From an uncultured bacterium (lineage in GTDB: Bacteria; Methylomirabilota; Methylomirabilia; Rokubacteriales; CSP1-6), in NCBI GenBank assembly GCA_964428805.1, contig CAYRZF010000005.1, positions 3,457 to 49,372 on the forward strand: 45,916 bases of DNA, given 5' to 3'. The notes beneath the pieces are model-generated. The model was not told the origin of the DNA. It ran no database searches and saw only the letters and a program-made list of their open reading frames with translations. Positions 1-9,139 of this stretch are shown here, piece after piece (the stretch's first letter is position 1; each line of letters opens with the position of its first letter). The translations under genes were made by a program, and so were the position numbers.

Positions 1-6
1 CCATGG

Positions 7-549
7 CTACGGCGTCCGGTCGGCGGGAATCGGAATCGGCGATCTGGGGGTCCCGTCCGGCCCCGCGGGTTCCAAGGCAAGGAGGGTTTCTTTCGTGTAG
101 ATCATTCCCTGCCGGCTGTAGGAAGAGAATTCGAGGATGCCCGTGTCCATGCGAATCGCGTCCTCGGGGCACGCTTCCACGCAGTAGCCGCAGAAGACGC
201 ACTTGCCGAGATCGATGTCGAACCGCTCCGGATACTTCTCGATCTCCGGATTCGGGTGCTCGGCGGCCACAATGTAAATGCAGTGCGCCGGGCACACCGT
301 CTCGCACATCATGCAGGCCACGCACCGGGGAGAACCGTCCTCGCGACGCACCAGCCGGTGCAGGCTGCGGAGGCGGGGGGAATAGGGGCGCCGTTCCTCC
401 GGGTATTGGACCGTCACCGCCCCGGGCGCCGTCTTCTTCCCGAAGACGTGACGGGCGGTGTGCCGCCCCAGGTTGACGAAGAAGTGGGTCGCCGTGACCC
501 TGAGGCCGACCAGCACCTCCGCCAGATAAAACCGCTGGCGGAGCCTCAC
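7..549 (-). CDS. nuoI: NADH-quinone oxidoreductase subunit I (first operon)
   Basis: C-terminal part of ORF 7..1053. It has two 4Fe-4S ferredoxin motifs (CVACMMCETVCP and CVFCGYCVEACP). Start set at GTG 549, which forms a GTGA overlap with the nuoH stop and has GGAGGG 5 nt upstream. GTG 561 is an alternative start. Confidence 0.9.
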   Translation of the reverse strand: MRLRQRFYLAEVLVGLRVTATHFFVNLGRHTARHVFGKKTAPGAVTVQYPEERRPYSPRLRSLHRLVRREDGSPRCVACMMCETVCPAHCIYIVAAEHPNPEIEKYPERFDIDLGKCVFCGYCVEACPEDAIRMDTGILEFSSYSRQGMIYTKETLLALEPAGPDGTPRSPIPIPADRTP

Positions 550-1652
550 GGAGCCCTCCACACGACCAGGATGAGGCCCGTGACGACGACGTTCAGTATC
601 GACAGGGGGAAGAGGCCGAGCCAGCCGAGCCGCATGGCCTGATCGTAGCGGAAGCGAGGCAAGGTCCATCGGATCAGCATCAGGAACCAACACATGATGA
701 CGACCTTCAGACAGAAGGCCAGGACACCGAGCGCCACCACCGCCGGCCGGGCCAGCGACACGGTGGCGCCCCATGGAAACCTGAAGCCGTCGGGAGCCAG
801 ATACGGGATCTGCCAGCCGCCGAGGAACAGGGCGGTCGTCAGGCCGGCGATCACTACGGTCTCGACGAAGTCCGCCATCATGAACATCCCGAACTTCATC
901 CCGCTGTATTCCACGAAGTAGCCGATGATCTCCGACTCCCCCTCGGGGAAATCGAAGGGAATGCGCTTGGTGGCGGCGATGCCCGCGGTGAGGAACAGGA
1001 CGAACGCCAACGGCTGGGTACAGATCCCCCAGGCCGGAATCCACGTCAGCCACCCGAACAGCGGTTGGCCCTGGCCGCGGATAATCTCCATCATGTCCAG
1101 CGAGCCGTAGACCATCGCCACGCCCATGATGGAGGCGCCGATGGCGACCTCGGCGGAGATCATCAGCGCCGCGGCGCGCTGGCCGCCAAGGAGCGCGTAG
1201 TTATTGGCGGACGCCCAGCCGGCCATCATCACCCCGTACACACCCAGCGAGAGCATGGCAAACACGTAGAGGATCCCCGCGTTCAGGGTGACCGCCTGGA
1301 GCGGAACCTCGCGGCCGCGGACCTGGAGCACGTCGCCGAAGGGAATCGCGGCGAAAGCCACCAGGGCAAAGAGCACCGAGACGAAGGGCGCCAGGGTGAA
1401 GAGGGCCCGATCCGCGCGCGCCGGGAGGAAGTCCTCCTTGGTGAGCATCTTGATGGCATCCGCCAGCGGGTGGAAGAGGCCGAAAAGCCTAAAGCCGAAG
1501 ATCGAGGCCCGGTTGGCCCCGATCCGGTCCTGCATGAGCGCCGACTGCTTGCGCTCCACCCACGTCAGGAGACCTCCCATGTTGAGGACGAACAGCATCA
1601 CGAAGGCGACCCGGCCGAAGGCGATGCCCAAGTCGGTCAGGGTTGCGGTCAT
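546..1652 (-). CDS. nuoH: NADH-quinone oxidoreductase subunit H
   Basis: 368-aa polytopic membrane protein with an ND1/NuoH-type N-terminus (TWVERKQSALMQDRIGANRA). ATGA overlap with the nuoG stop. Confidence 0.93.
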   Translation of the reverse strand: MTATLTDLGIAFGRVAFVMLFVLNMGGLLTWVERKQSALMQDRIGANRASIFGFRLFGLFHPLADAIKMLTKEDFLPARADRALFTLAPFVSVLFALVAFAAIPFGDVLQVRGREVPLQAVTLNAGILYVFAMLSLGVYGVMMAGWASANNYALLGGQRAAALMISAEVAIGASIMGVAMVYGSLDMMEIIRGQGQPLFGWLTWIPAWGICTQPLAFVLFLTAGIAATKRIPFDFPEGESEIIGYFVEYSGMKFGMFMMADFVETVVIAGLTTALFLGGWQIPYLAPDGFRFPWGATVSLARPAVVALGVLAFCLKVVIMCWFLMLIRWTLPRFRYDQAMRLGWLGLFPLSILNVVVTGLILVVWRAP

Positions 1653-3340
1653 GGATCACTCCCGGCCGGCCGCTCGAGCGCCGGCTTCGCCGGCGCAATC
1701 CCATGGGGGGAGGTTCGGAAGGGGGGCGGGGAGCCCCCCTCCGAGGGGACGAGCTTGCCGGTGTCCCTGAGCTCCCGGTATGAGAGCCCGGCGAAGGCGC
1801 CCACCCCCGCCGCCAGGGCTTTGAAGCAGTCCTCGGCCTTGACCGGCATCGGGCCCAATCCCAGCGCCTGCCCGATCCGCGCGATGATCTCCCAATCGGG
1901 GAGCGACGCCCCTAAGGGCTCCACGGCCTTCCAGAAGCGCTGGACCCGGCCCTCGAAGTTTGTAAAGGTCCCCTCCCGCTCCACCCACGTCGCGCTGGGC
2001 AGGACGTAGTGCGCGAAGGGACTGACCCCGTTCTGGTTCGAGCCCTGGAAGATTAGGCAGTCGAGGACCCCGAGAGCCTCCCGCGCCTCCCCCTCGGGCC
2101 AGGCCGAGGCCAGCAGATCGTGGTGGAACACCCAGAGGCACTTGATGCGTCGCTCCCTGACGGCGCTCATCAGCCGGCGTGCATCCAATCCGCCGTCCCC
2201 GGAACTGAGCCCGGTCAGCTCGACTCCGCGCGTGTTGGGGTTCTTGTCGGCCTTGATCAGGATCCGGTCTTCGTCCCCGGGGGTCCGGGGGGGGACGCGG
2301 AAATCCACATTGCGGACGCCCAGGTGGTCCACGAGCCGCTTGAGAAGGAAGAGGTCCTCATTGGCCATCCGGGGAGAGGCGAGGACGCCGATCTCGTCCG
2401 GCCGGTACTTCGAGAACTGGGCCGCAACGAGCGGGATCATCTCCTCCCACGAAATCTCGACCGCCTGGCTTCCCACCCGGCGCACCGGGAAGAGGAGGCG
2501 GCTCGGGTCATCGACGAACTTATACCCGTACCGACCCGCATCGCAGATCCACCACTGGTTGACCTCTCTGTGATAGCGCGGCTTCAGCCGCGCCACGCGC
2601 CGGCCCTGATTGTGATGTGGGCGGCGCAGATTGTAGTGCACCTCGATGTTACAGCCGCGGCTGCATCCCGGACAGATGGATTTGGCCGTCTCCAGATACC
2701 ACACGCGGACCGCGAACCGAAAATCCCGGTCGGTGAGCGCCCCCACCGGGCAGATGTCGATCACGTTCGCCGAGTAGGGGTTCGTGAGCTCCCGTCCCGG
2801 AAAGAGCCCGATCTCGGATTGATCGCCGCGCTGGAAGATCCCGAGCTCGCCCGTCCCCGTGATCTCGTCGCAGAACCGAACGCAGCGGGAGCAGAGAATG
2901 CAGCGCTCGACGTCGAGGATGACGTGAGGGCCGAGTGGGACGGCTTTCGGCTTGTGAACCTTCTCGTCCACCATGCGCGGCTCGTAAAGTCCGTGCTTCA
3001 TGTAGTAGATCTGCAGCCAGCACTCTCCGGCCTGGTCGCAGACGGGGCAGTCCAGGGGGTGGTTGATCAGATGAAACTCCATGATGGACCGGCGGGCCTC
3101 AAGGACCTTCGGGGTCTCGGTGCGAACCACCATCCCCTCCGCCACCTGCGTGTTGCACGCGATCTGGGGGCGCGGGTTGTTCCCGATCTCCACCATGCAG
3201 AGACGGCACTGGCCGGCAATGCTGAGCCCGGGATGGTAGCAGTAATGCGGGACCTCGATCTCGAGCTGCCGGGCCGCCTCGATCAGATTGGTGCCGGCGC
3301 GGACCTCGACCTCCTTATCGTTGATCGTGAGCTTAGGCAT
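1649..3340 (-). CDS. nuoG: NADH-quinone oxidoreductase subunit G (short, 563 aa)
   Basis: N-terminal 2Fe-2S and 4Fe-4S cysteine motifs (CYHPGLSIAGQCRLC, HPLDCPVCDQAGEC, CILCSRCVRFC, CPVGAL). Sits between nuoF and nuoH. Confidence 0.9.
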   Translation of the reverse strand: MPKLTINDKEVEVRAGTNLIEAARQLEIEVPHYCYHPGLSIAGQCRLCMVEIGNNPRPQIACNTQVAEGMVVRTETPKVLEARRSIMEFHLINHPLDCPVCDQAGECWLQIYYMKHGLYEPRMVDEKVHKPKAVPLGPHVILDVERCILCSRCVRFCDEITGTGELGIFQRGDQSEIGLFPGRELTNPYSANVIDICPVGALTDRDFRFAVRVWYLETAKSICPGCSRGCNIEVHYNLRRPHHNQGRRVARLKPRYHREVNQWWICDAGRYGYKFVDDPSRLLFPVRRVGSQAVEISWEEMIPLVAAQFSKYRPDEIGVLASPRMANEDLFLLKRLVDHLGVRNVDFRVPPRTPGDEDRILIKADKNPNTRGVELTGLSSGDGGLDARRLMSAVRERRIKCLWVFHHDLLASAWPEGEAREALGVLDCLIFQGSNQNGVSPFAHYVLPSATWVEREGTFTNFEGRVQRFWKAVEPLGASLPDWEIIARIGQALGLGPMPVKAEDCFKALAAGVGAFAGLSYRELRDTGKLVPSEGGSPPPFRTSPHGIAPAKPALERPAGSDP

Positions 3341-4580
3341 GAGGGATCAATGCCTCGAATTCGTCGCGAAATTTCTCGATGTAGCTGATGTATGGCCCCA
3401 CCGCCCCATCGTAAAAGGCGCAGATGGTGGTGCCGGCCCCCCGCCGGGCGACATCCAGGATCGTGTCCAGATCGTCTTTCCTCGCTTTCCCTTCAACGAT
3501 GCGACGGGTCATTTTGTAGATCCAGCCCGTGGCCTCGCGGCACGGGGTGCACTGCCCGCACGATTCGTGGGCGTAGAAGCGGGCCACGACCATGAGCGCT
3601 TCGGGGATCGAGACGGTCTCGTCCATGACGATAACCCCCGCGGAGCCCGCCATGGTGCCCGCGTTCTTCAGGCCATCCACATCCATGGCGACGTCGATCT
3701 CATCCGCGGTCAGGATGGCGGCAGAGGATCCGCCGGGAACCACCGCCTTGAGCCGTTTGCCCTTCGGCATCCCGCCGGCGTGCTCGTAGATCAGGGAGCG
3801 CAGCGTCACCGACACCGGCAACTCGTACACCCCCGGCCGCGCCACGTGACCCGAGACCGAGTACATCCTGGTCCCGCCCTGGGTCGCGGTGCCCAGCCCG
3901 GCGAACCAGGCCGCGCCCCGTTTGATGATGGGAGGCACGTGGCAGATCGTCTCCACGTTATTGACGATGGTGGGCGCCCCGAACGCGCCCCGAATCGCGG
4001 GAAACGGCGGCTTGAGCTTCGGCCAGCCTTTCTTGCCCTCCAGCGAGGAGATCAATCCGGTTTCTTCCCCGCAGATGTAGGCGCCGGCGCCCCGATGGAC
4101 GACGACGTCCAGGTCGAACCCGGAGCCGAGGATGTTCTTTCCGAGCAACCCGGCCGCATAGGCCTCCTGGACGGCCGCGCTGAACACGCGCCACGGGTGG
4201 ACGTACTCGCCACGGATGTAGACGAAGGCTAGGTGGGAGCCGATGGCGTACGCCGAGATGATCATCCCCTCGATCAGCGCGTGCGGGTCGCGTTCCAGCA
4301 GGTACCGGTCCTTGAAGGTCCCGGGCTCGCCCTCGTCGGCGTTGATGACGAGGTAGACCGGGCTGGCGTGCCCCTTGGGGATGAACCCCCACTTGACGCC
4401 CGTCGGGAACCCGGCCCCCCCCAGGCCGCGCAGGTTCGACTTCTTCACCGTCTCGATGATCGTGGCCGGCGGCATCGCCAACACGTTCCTAAGCCCCTCG
4501 TAGCCGCCCGTCTCCCGGTACACCCTGAGCGTGTGAGACTCGGGAAGGTGAAAGTTCCGCGTCAGGATCAACTCCGCCAT
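3333..4580 (-). CDS. nuoF: NADH-quinone oxidoreductase subunit F
   Basis: 415 aa with GLGGAGFPTGVKW, GEPGTFKDR and ESCGQCTPCRE motifs, typical of the 51-kDa FMN/NADH-binding subunit. Confidence 0.95.
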   Translation of the reverse strand: MAELILTRNFHLPESHTLRVYRETGGYEGLRNVLAMPPATIIETVKKSNLRGLGGAGFPTGVKWGFIPKGHASPVYLVINADEGEPGTFKDRYLLERDPHALIEGMIISAYAIGSHLAFVYIRGEYVHPWRVFSAAVQEAYAAGLLGKNILGSGFDLDVVVHRGAGAYICGEETGLISSLEGKKGWPKLKPPFPAIRGAFGAPTIVNNVETICHVPPIIKRGAAWFAGLGTATQGGTRMYSVSGHVARPGVYELPVSVTLRSLIYEHAGGMPKGKRLKAVVPGGSSAAILTADEIDVAMDVDGLKNAGTMAGSAGVIVMDETVSIPEALMVVARFYAHESCGQCTPCREATGWIYKMTRRIVEGKARKDDLDTILDVARRGAGTTICAFYDGAVGPYISYIEKFRDEFEALIPHA

Positions 4581-5072
4581 CTACCGGAGCCCCTCAAGGA
4601 TGCGGTCAATCCTTTCCGGCGTTAGGAGTCCTTCGTAGCGGTCATTCACCTGCATCATGGGCGCCATCTCGCAGGCGCAGAGACATTCCACCGACAGGAG
4701 CGTGACCCTGCCGTCCGGGGTGGTCCCTCCGATCTCGACGCCGAGCCTCGCTTCGAGGTAGGCAAGGACGCGCGGGGCGCCGAGCAGGTGGCAGGTGAGG
4801 TTGTGGCAGACGCTGATGACGTGGCGGCCTGTGGGCTCCCTGAAAAAGAGGGTGTAGAAGGTCACCACCTCGTGGACGTGGGCCGGGGACAGGTCGAACA
4901 GCCCCGCCATGTACTCCTCTGTCTCCAGGGAGATGTACCCGAAGGTGTCTTGGGCGAGCTGGAGCACCGGCAGGAGCGCCGCCCGCTTGTCGGGGTAGAG
5001 CCCCTGGAGCCGGCGGACCTCGGCGAGTTGTTCGGGCGTGAACTGCGCCCCGACCCCGCTGGGAGCGCTCAC
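4581..5072 (-). CDS. nuoE: NADH-quinone oxidoreductase subunit E
   Basis: Thioredoxin-like 2Fe-2S subunit (VCHNLTCHLLG, ECLCACEMAP). Start set at GTG 5072, a GTGA overlap with the nuoD stop. The 36 codons upstream in the track are Arg/Gly-rich and overlap nuoD. Confidence 0.88.
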   Translation of the reverse strand: MSAPSGVGAQFTPEQLAEVRRLQGLYPDKRAALLPVLQLAQDTFGYISLETEEYMAGLFDLSPAHVHEVVTFYTLFFREPTGRHVISVCHNLTCHLLGAPRVLAYLEARLGVEIGGTTPDGRVTLLSVECLCACEMAPMMQVNDRYEGLLTPERIDRILEGLR

Positions 5073-6442
5073 CGGTCCAGCTCTCCCGCGATCATGTTGA
5101 TCGAGCCGAAGGTGGGAACGACGTCGGCCACCATTTCCCCTTGGATCATCCGGTGGAGCGCCGCCATCGGCGGGAGGCACGGTGGCCGGCAGCGGACGCG
5201 GTAAGGCCGATCGGTCCCGTCCGAGACGATGTAGAAGCCCAGCTCGCCGTTGGCGCCTTCCGCGGGGAAGTAGGCCTCGCCCCGGGGCGGCCGGATCCCG
5301 TATCCCTCCATGATCAGCATGAAGTGGTTCATAAGCCCTTCGATGGAGCCGTAGGTGTCTTCTTTAGGCGGAAGCACAACGCGCTTGTCAGCCACATTCA
5401 CCTGCTGATGGACCGGCTTCTCCAGCCCCGCCAGGTTGGGCGAGAGCGTGATCGGGATCAGCAGGAGCCCCTCGGTCTTCCCCTGCTTGCCCAGGTCCAC
5501 GTAACTGGCCGGATCCATGGGCCGGCCCTGGGAATCCACGTTGATGGGGCCGCCCGGGATCGCGTCCAGCGCCTGCTCCACGATCCGCATGGACTGCTCC
5601 ATCTCCGCCATGCGGACCAGGTACCGGTCGTAGTTGTCCCCGTTCCGGCCGGTCGGGATCTCGAACTCCACGCGGTCGTAGGCCCAGTAGGGCTGGGCCC
5701 TTCTCACGTCGTACGCGACGCCGGCGGCCCGGAGCAGCGGGCCCGTGATCGCGTAGGCGATGGTCTCCTCCCGGGAGAGCGCGCCCACCCCGATCATGCG
5801 GTCCATGAAGATGCGGTTCCCCGTCAGGAGCTTGTGCACCTCTTCCAGCACCTGGCGGGTTTCCTTGAACGCCTTCCGCACCTTGAGGGCGAACCCCTCC
5901 GGCAGGTCGGCCTTGACGCCTCCCACGCGCGCGTAGGAAATGGTGAGCCGCGCGCCGGTCACGTCCTCCACGAGCTCCCAGAGGTACTCGCGGGCCTTGA
6001 TCATATAGAGGAAGACCGTGAAGGCTCCGAGCTCCATGGCCGAGGCGCCGATACACGTCAGGTGGTCGCAGATGCGGGAGATCTCGCTCATGATCACCCG
6101 GATGTAGTTGCAGCGCTCGGTCGCGTCGATTCCCAGCAGCTTCTCCACGCAGGAGGCATAGCCGAAGTTGTTGATCAGGGGGGACACGTAATTGAGGCGA
6201 TCCGTGTAGGGGATGGCGTTATTGTACGGGCCCCGCTCGCATTCCTTCTCGAAGGCCCGGTGCAGGTAGCCGATCTCCACATCCGCGTTCACCATGGTCT
6301 CCCCGTCCAGCTCGGCCACGATGTGGATCACGCCGTGCATGGCCGGGTGAGACGGGCCCATGTTGACGTAGAGATGCTGCGAGCCCGAGCCCGTCCCGCT
6401 CCCTTCCCCCAGGTAGATCTCGCGGGTCGTTCGCTCGCCCAT
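5069..6442 (-). CDS. nuoD: NADH-quinone oxidoreductase subunit D (457 aa, carries an internal insertion)
   Basis: NMGPSHPAMHGV, GYLHRAFEK and C-terminal INMIAGELDR are the 49-kDa subunit signature. About 45-50 extra residues lie between GGPI and PPKED. Confidence 0.93.
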   Translation of the reverse strand: MGERTTREIYLGEGSGTGSGSQHLYVNMGPSHPAMHGVIHIVAELDGETMVNADVEIGYLHRAFEKECERGPYNNAIPYTDRLNYVSPLINNFGYASCVEKLLGIDATERCNYIRVIMSEISRICDHLTCIGASAMELGAFTVFLYMIKAREYLWELVEDVTGARLTISYARVGGVKADLPEGFALKVRKAFKETRQVLEEVHKLLTGNRIFMDRMIGVGALSREETIAYAITGPLLRAAGVAYDVRRAQPYWAYDRVEFEIPTGRNGDNYDRYLVRMAEMEQSMRIVEQALDAIPGGPINVDSQGRPMDPASYVDLGKQGKTEGLLLIPITLSPNLAGLEKPVHQQVNVADKRVVLPPKEDTYGSIEGLMNHFMLIMEGYGIRPPRGEAYFPAEGANGELGFYIVSDGTDRPYRVRCRPPCLPPMAALHRMIQGEMVADVVPTFGSINMIAGELDR

Positions 6443-6446
6443 CGTT

Positions 6447-6944
6447 TCAGATCTTGGGGCCGATGAGGGGCTGGCGCTTGTTCACCGGATAGTCCTTCCG
6501 CAGCGGATGCCCCTGGAACTCCTCGTACATGAGGAGGCGCCGGAGGTCTGGGTGGCCGTCGAAGCGGATCCCGAACATGTCCCAGACCTCGCGCTCGAAC
6601 CAGTTGGCGATGAGCCAGAGGGGAACCACGCTGGGCACGTGCGCGCCGTCCTCCTCCACGCTGACCTTGATGCGCACCCGATGGTTATGGGGAAGCGAAT
6701 AAAGATGGTACACCACCTCGAAGCGGGGACCGAACTCCCGACCGGGGTACTTCAGATAGTCCACCGCGGTGAGGTCCATGAGAATGTCGAATCTGAGGTC
6801 GGCATCGTCACGGCAAACCCGGAGCACTTCCAGGATGGCTGACCGCTCCACCACCGCCGTGTGATCGCCCCGGTGGGCGTGGGTCTCGACGATCCGGCCG
6901 CCGAAGGTCGTCATCAGCCGGAGGAGTATGCTCTGACCATCCAT
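6447..6944 (-). CDS. nuoC: NADH-quinone oxidoreductase subunit C
   Basis: [26 protein letters not shown] motif. Start set at ATG 6944 (MDGQSILL). The longer track ORF would run across nuoB. Confidence 0.9.
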   Translation of the reverse strand: MDGQSILLRLMTTFGGRIVETHAHRGDHTAVVERSAILEVLRVCRDDADLRFDILMDLTAVDYLKYPGREFGPRFEVVYHLYSLPHNHRVRIKVSVEEDGAHVPSVVPLWLIANWFEREVWDMFGIRFDGHPDLRRLLMYEEFQGHPLRKDYPVNKRQPLIGPKI

Positions 6945-6970
6945 AAAGCAGGCAGTGAGGGATCGACGGC

Positions 6971-7429
6971 TCAGTAGCGCTGAGCCCCGGCGGCAATCTT
7001 CTCTTGCAGTTTCATCAGGCCGTCGAGCACGCTTTCGGGGCGGGGGGGGCAACCCGGAATATAGACGTCCACCGGGATGATGGTGTCGATTCCCATGAGC
7101 GTGGCGTAGTTGTCGTAGAAGCCGCCCGTGCAGGTGCAGACGCCGAAGGCCACCACCCATTTGGGCTCGCACATCTGATCGTACACGCGCTTGAGCACGG
7201 GAGCCATCTTGTGGCTGATGGTCCCCACCACGAAAAGCACGTCCGCCTGCCGGGGCGAGAAGCGGGGCAAGCCCGCCCCGAACCGGTCCACGTCGTAGTG
7301 GGAGCACGCCGTGGCCATGTACTCCATGCCGCAGCAGGCTGTCACGAACGGATACTGGAAGATGGAGTACTTGCGGGCCCAGCCGATGGCCTCATCGAGC
7401 TTCCCGGTGAAAAACCCGCCTAATCCCAT
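6971..7429 (-). CDS. nuoB: NADH-quinone oxidoreductase subunit B
   Basis: Cluster-N2 ligand motifs ACCGMEYM, GVCTCTGG and IPGCPPRPE. 152 aa. Confidence 0.95.
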   Translation of the reverse strand: MGLGGFFTGKLDEAIGWARKYSIFQYPFVTACCGMEYMATACSHYDVDRFGAGLPRFSPRQADVLFVVGTISHKMAPVLKRVYDQMCEPKWVVAFGVCTCTGGFYDNYATLMGIDTIIPVDVYIPGCPPRPESVLDGLMKLQEKIAAGAQRY

Positions 7430-7770
7430 TCAAGCCCTCCCTTCTTCCAAATGTAGAGGAACCCCAGCATCAGGATGCCGAGGAACACAAGCATAGCAAG
7501 ATATCCCGGCCAGCCGAGCGACCTCACCTGCACCGCCCACGGGAAGATCAGCACCACCTCGATATCGAAGATGATGAAGAAGATCGCCACGGTGGAGAAC
7601 TTGATGGCGAAGCGCCCTTCGGGGATCGCCAGCGGGTCCTTGCCGCACTCGAAGGGCTCTGCCTTCACCGGGCTCCGCCGCCGCGGCGCCACAAGCCTCG
7701 GCAGCCACATCATCGCGCCCGCCACCAGGGCGGCAAAGCCGAAGACCATCAGGATCGACACGTACTCCAC
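7420..7770 (-). CDS. nuoA: NADH-quinone oxidoreductase subunit A
   Basis: 116-aa protein with three TM segments and the ECG..P and FDIEVVLIFPW motifs. The GTG start shares 1 nt with the lipA stop (TAGTG). Confidence 0.9.
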   Translation of the reverse strand: MEYVSILMVFGFAALVAGAMMWLPRLVAPRRRSPVKAEPFECGKDPLAIPEGRFAIKFSTVAIFFIIFDIEVVLIFPWAVQVRSLGWPGYLAMLVFLGILMLGFLYIWKKGGLEWD

Positions 7771-8672
7771 TAGCCGCTCCCGAGGCCTGCCGCCTGGCGC
7801 TTGGCATGATAGGAGCTCCGCACGAGCGGACCCGCTTCCACATGGGCGAATCCCCTACGCCTTCCCTCTTCCGCCAGCTCTCTGAACTCGTCCGGGTGGT
7901 AGAAGCGGGCGATGGGCAGATGCGTGGGGGAGGGGCGGAGATACTGACCCAGCGTCAGGATATTCACGTCCGCGTCGCGGAGGTCGCTCATGGTGGCCAG
8001 CAGCTCCTCACGCTCCTCACCCAACCCGAGGATGATCCCGGACTTGGTGAGCAGGTCGGGAACGCGGCGCCGCGCCCGCCCGAAGAGCTCCAGCGTCCGT
8101 TCGTATCGGCCGCCGTGGCGGGCCAGCTTATAGAGGCGCGGCACGGTCTCGATGTTGTGGTTGAGGATGTCCGGCCGGGCCTCGAGCACTTTTCCCAGCG
8201 CCTCGGCCGACCCCTGGAAGTCGGGGATCAGCAGCTCGACCTGGCAGCCGGGAGCCTCCCGGCGGATGGCGCGAACCGTCGCCGCGAACACCGCCGCGCC
8301 CCCGTCCGCCAGATCGTCCCGGTTCACCGACGTCACCACCACGTGCTCCAGACCGAGCGTCCGGACCGCCCGTCCCACGCGCTCCGGCTCCTCGCGGTCC
8401 TCCCACGTCGGCCGGCCGTGGGTGACGGCGCAGTAGCCGCAGTTCCGCGTGCAGACATCGCCCAGGATCATAAACGTGGCGGTGAGATCCTCCCAGCACT
8501 CGCCGATGTTCGGGCAGTGGGCTTCCTCACACACGGTGTGCAGGTTCCACTCCCGCATGAGGCCCTTGAGACGGATATAGCGAGGGCCGCCCGGAGCCCG
8601 CACCTTGAGCCAGGCGGGCTTCCGTCCGTCGGTGGGATCAGTATTCTCGAGAAGGGGGAGGGGAATCCCCAT
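7770..8672 (-). CDS. lipA: lipoyl synthase
   Basis: Radical-SAM motif CTRNCGYCAV plus the auxiliary-cluster motif CEEAHCPNIGECW. 300 aa. Confidence 0.95.
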   Translation of the reverse strand: MGIPLPLLENTDPTDGRKPAWLKVRAPGGPRYIRLKGLMREWNLHTVCEEAHCPNIGECWEDLTATFMILGDVCTRNCGYCAVTHGRPTWEDREEPERVGRAVRTLGLEHVVVTSVNRDDLADGGAAVFAATVRAIRREAPGCQVELLIPDFQGSAEALGKVLEARPDILNHNIETVPRLYKLARHGGRYERTLELFGRARRRVPDLLTKSGIILGLGEEREELLATMSDLRDADVNILTLGQYLRPSPTHLPIARFYHPDEFRELAEEGRRRGFAHVEAGPLVRSSYHAKRQAAGLGSG

Positions 8673-8709
8673 AGGTTCAGGTCCCTTCTAACCCGCCCAA
8701 CCGCTTTTC

Positions 8710-8738
8710 ATTATCCCATACCGCTGTCACGCCGCCAA
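8710..8738 (-). promoter_or_regulatory. candidate sigma-70 promoter for lipA-nuoA..I
   Basis: On the minus strand: TTGGCG (8738..8733), 17-nt spacer, GATAAT (8715..8710), about 38 nt upstream of the lipA ATG. Confidence 0.45.
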
Positions 8739-8744
8739 GGACCG

Positions 8745-8777
8745 GACGCAAAACGGGCTCCCAAATTCCGGGAGCCC
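8745..8777 (-). terminator. candidate intrinsic terminator downstream of tRNA-Leu(GAG)
   Basis: Perfect 8-bp stem GGGCTCCC/GGGAGCCC (8755..8777) with a 7-nt loop, followed on the minus strand by GTTTTG. A second GC hairpin, CCCTCGCC-GTTC-GGCGAGGG, lies at 8808..8827. Confidence 0.45.
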
Positions 8778-8945
8778 TCGATCACCTGAAACGGGCACCC
8801 GGGGACTCCCTCGCCGTTCGGCGAGGGGCCCGCACGCCCGCCCCCGTCGGATTCTCACGCACGGCTACTTCTGATGCCCGATCTCCGCTAATGCCATCGC
8901 TGCCGCGCCAACCCCTCCGGTGCCGGATCCTCAACGGTGAGACCG

Positions 8946-9030
<85 letters not shown>

Positions 9031-9044
9031 GCCCGCAAGCGCTG

Positions 9045-9074
9045 AGTATGGCACCGCTCACGCGCCCCTGTCAA
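9045..9074 (-). promoter_or_regulatory. candidate sigma-70 promoter for tRNA-Leu(GAG)
   Basis: On the minus strand: TTGACA (9074..9069), 18-nt spacer, CATACT (9050..9045), 14 nt upstream of the tRNA 5' end. Confidence 0.4.
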
Positions 9075-9139
9075 TCAACGGGGGCGGGCCCCCGGGGGGT
9101 TGCCACGCGCCCGCCGGATTCTCGCGCCGGCGACGTCCT

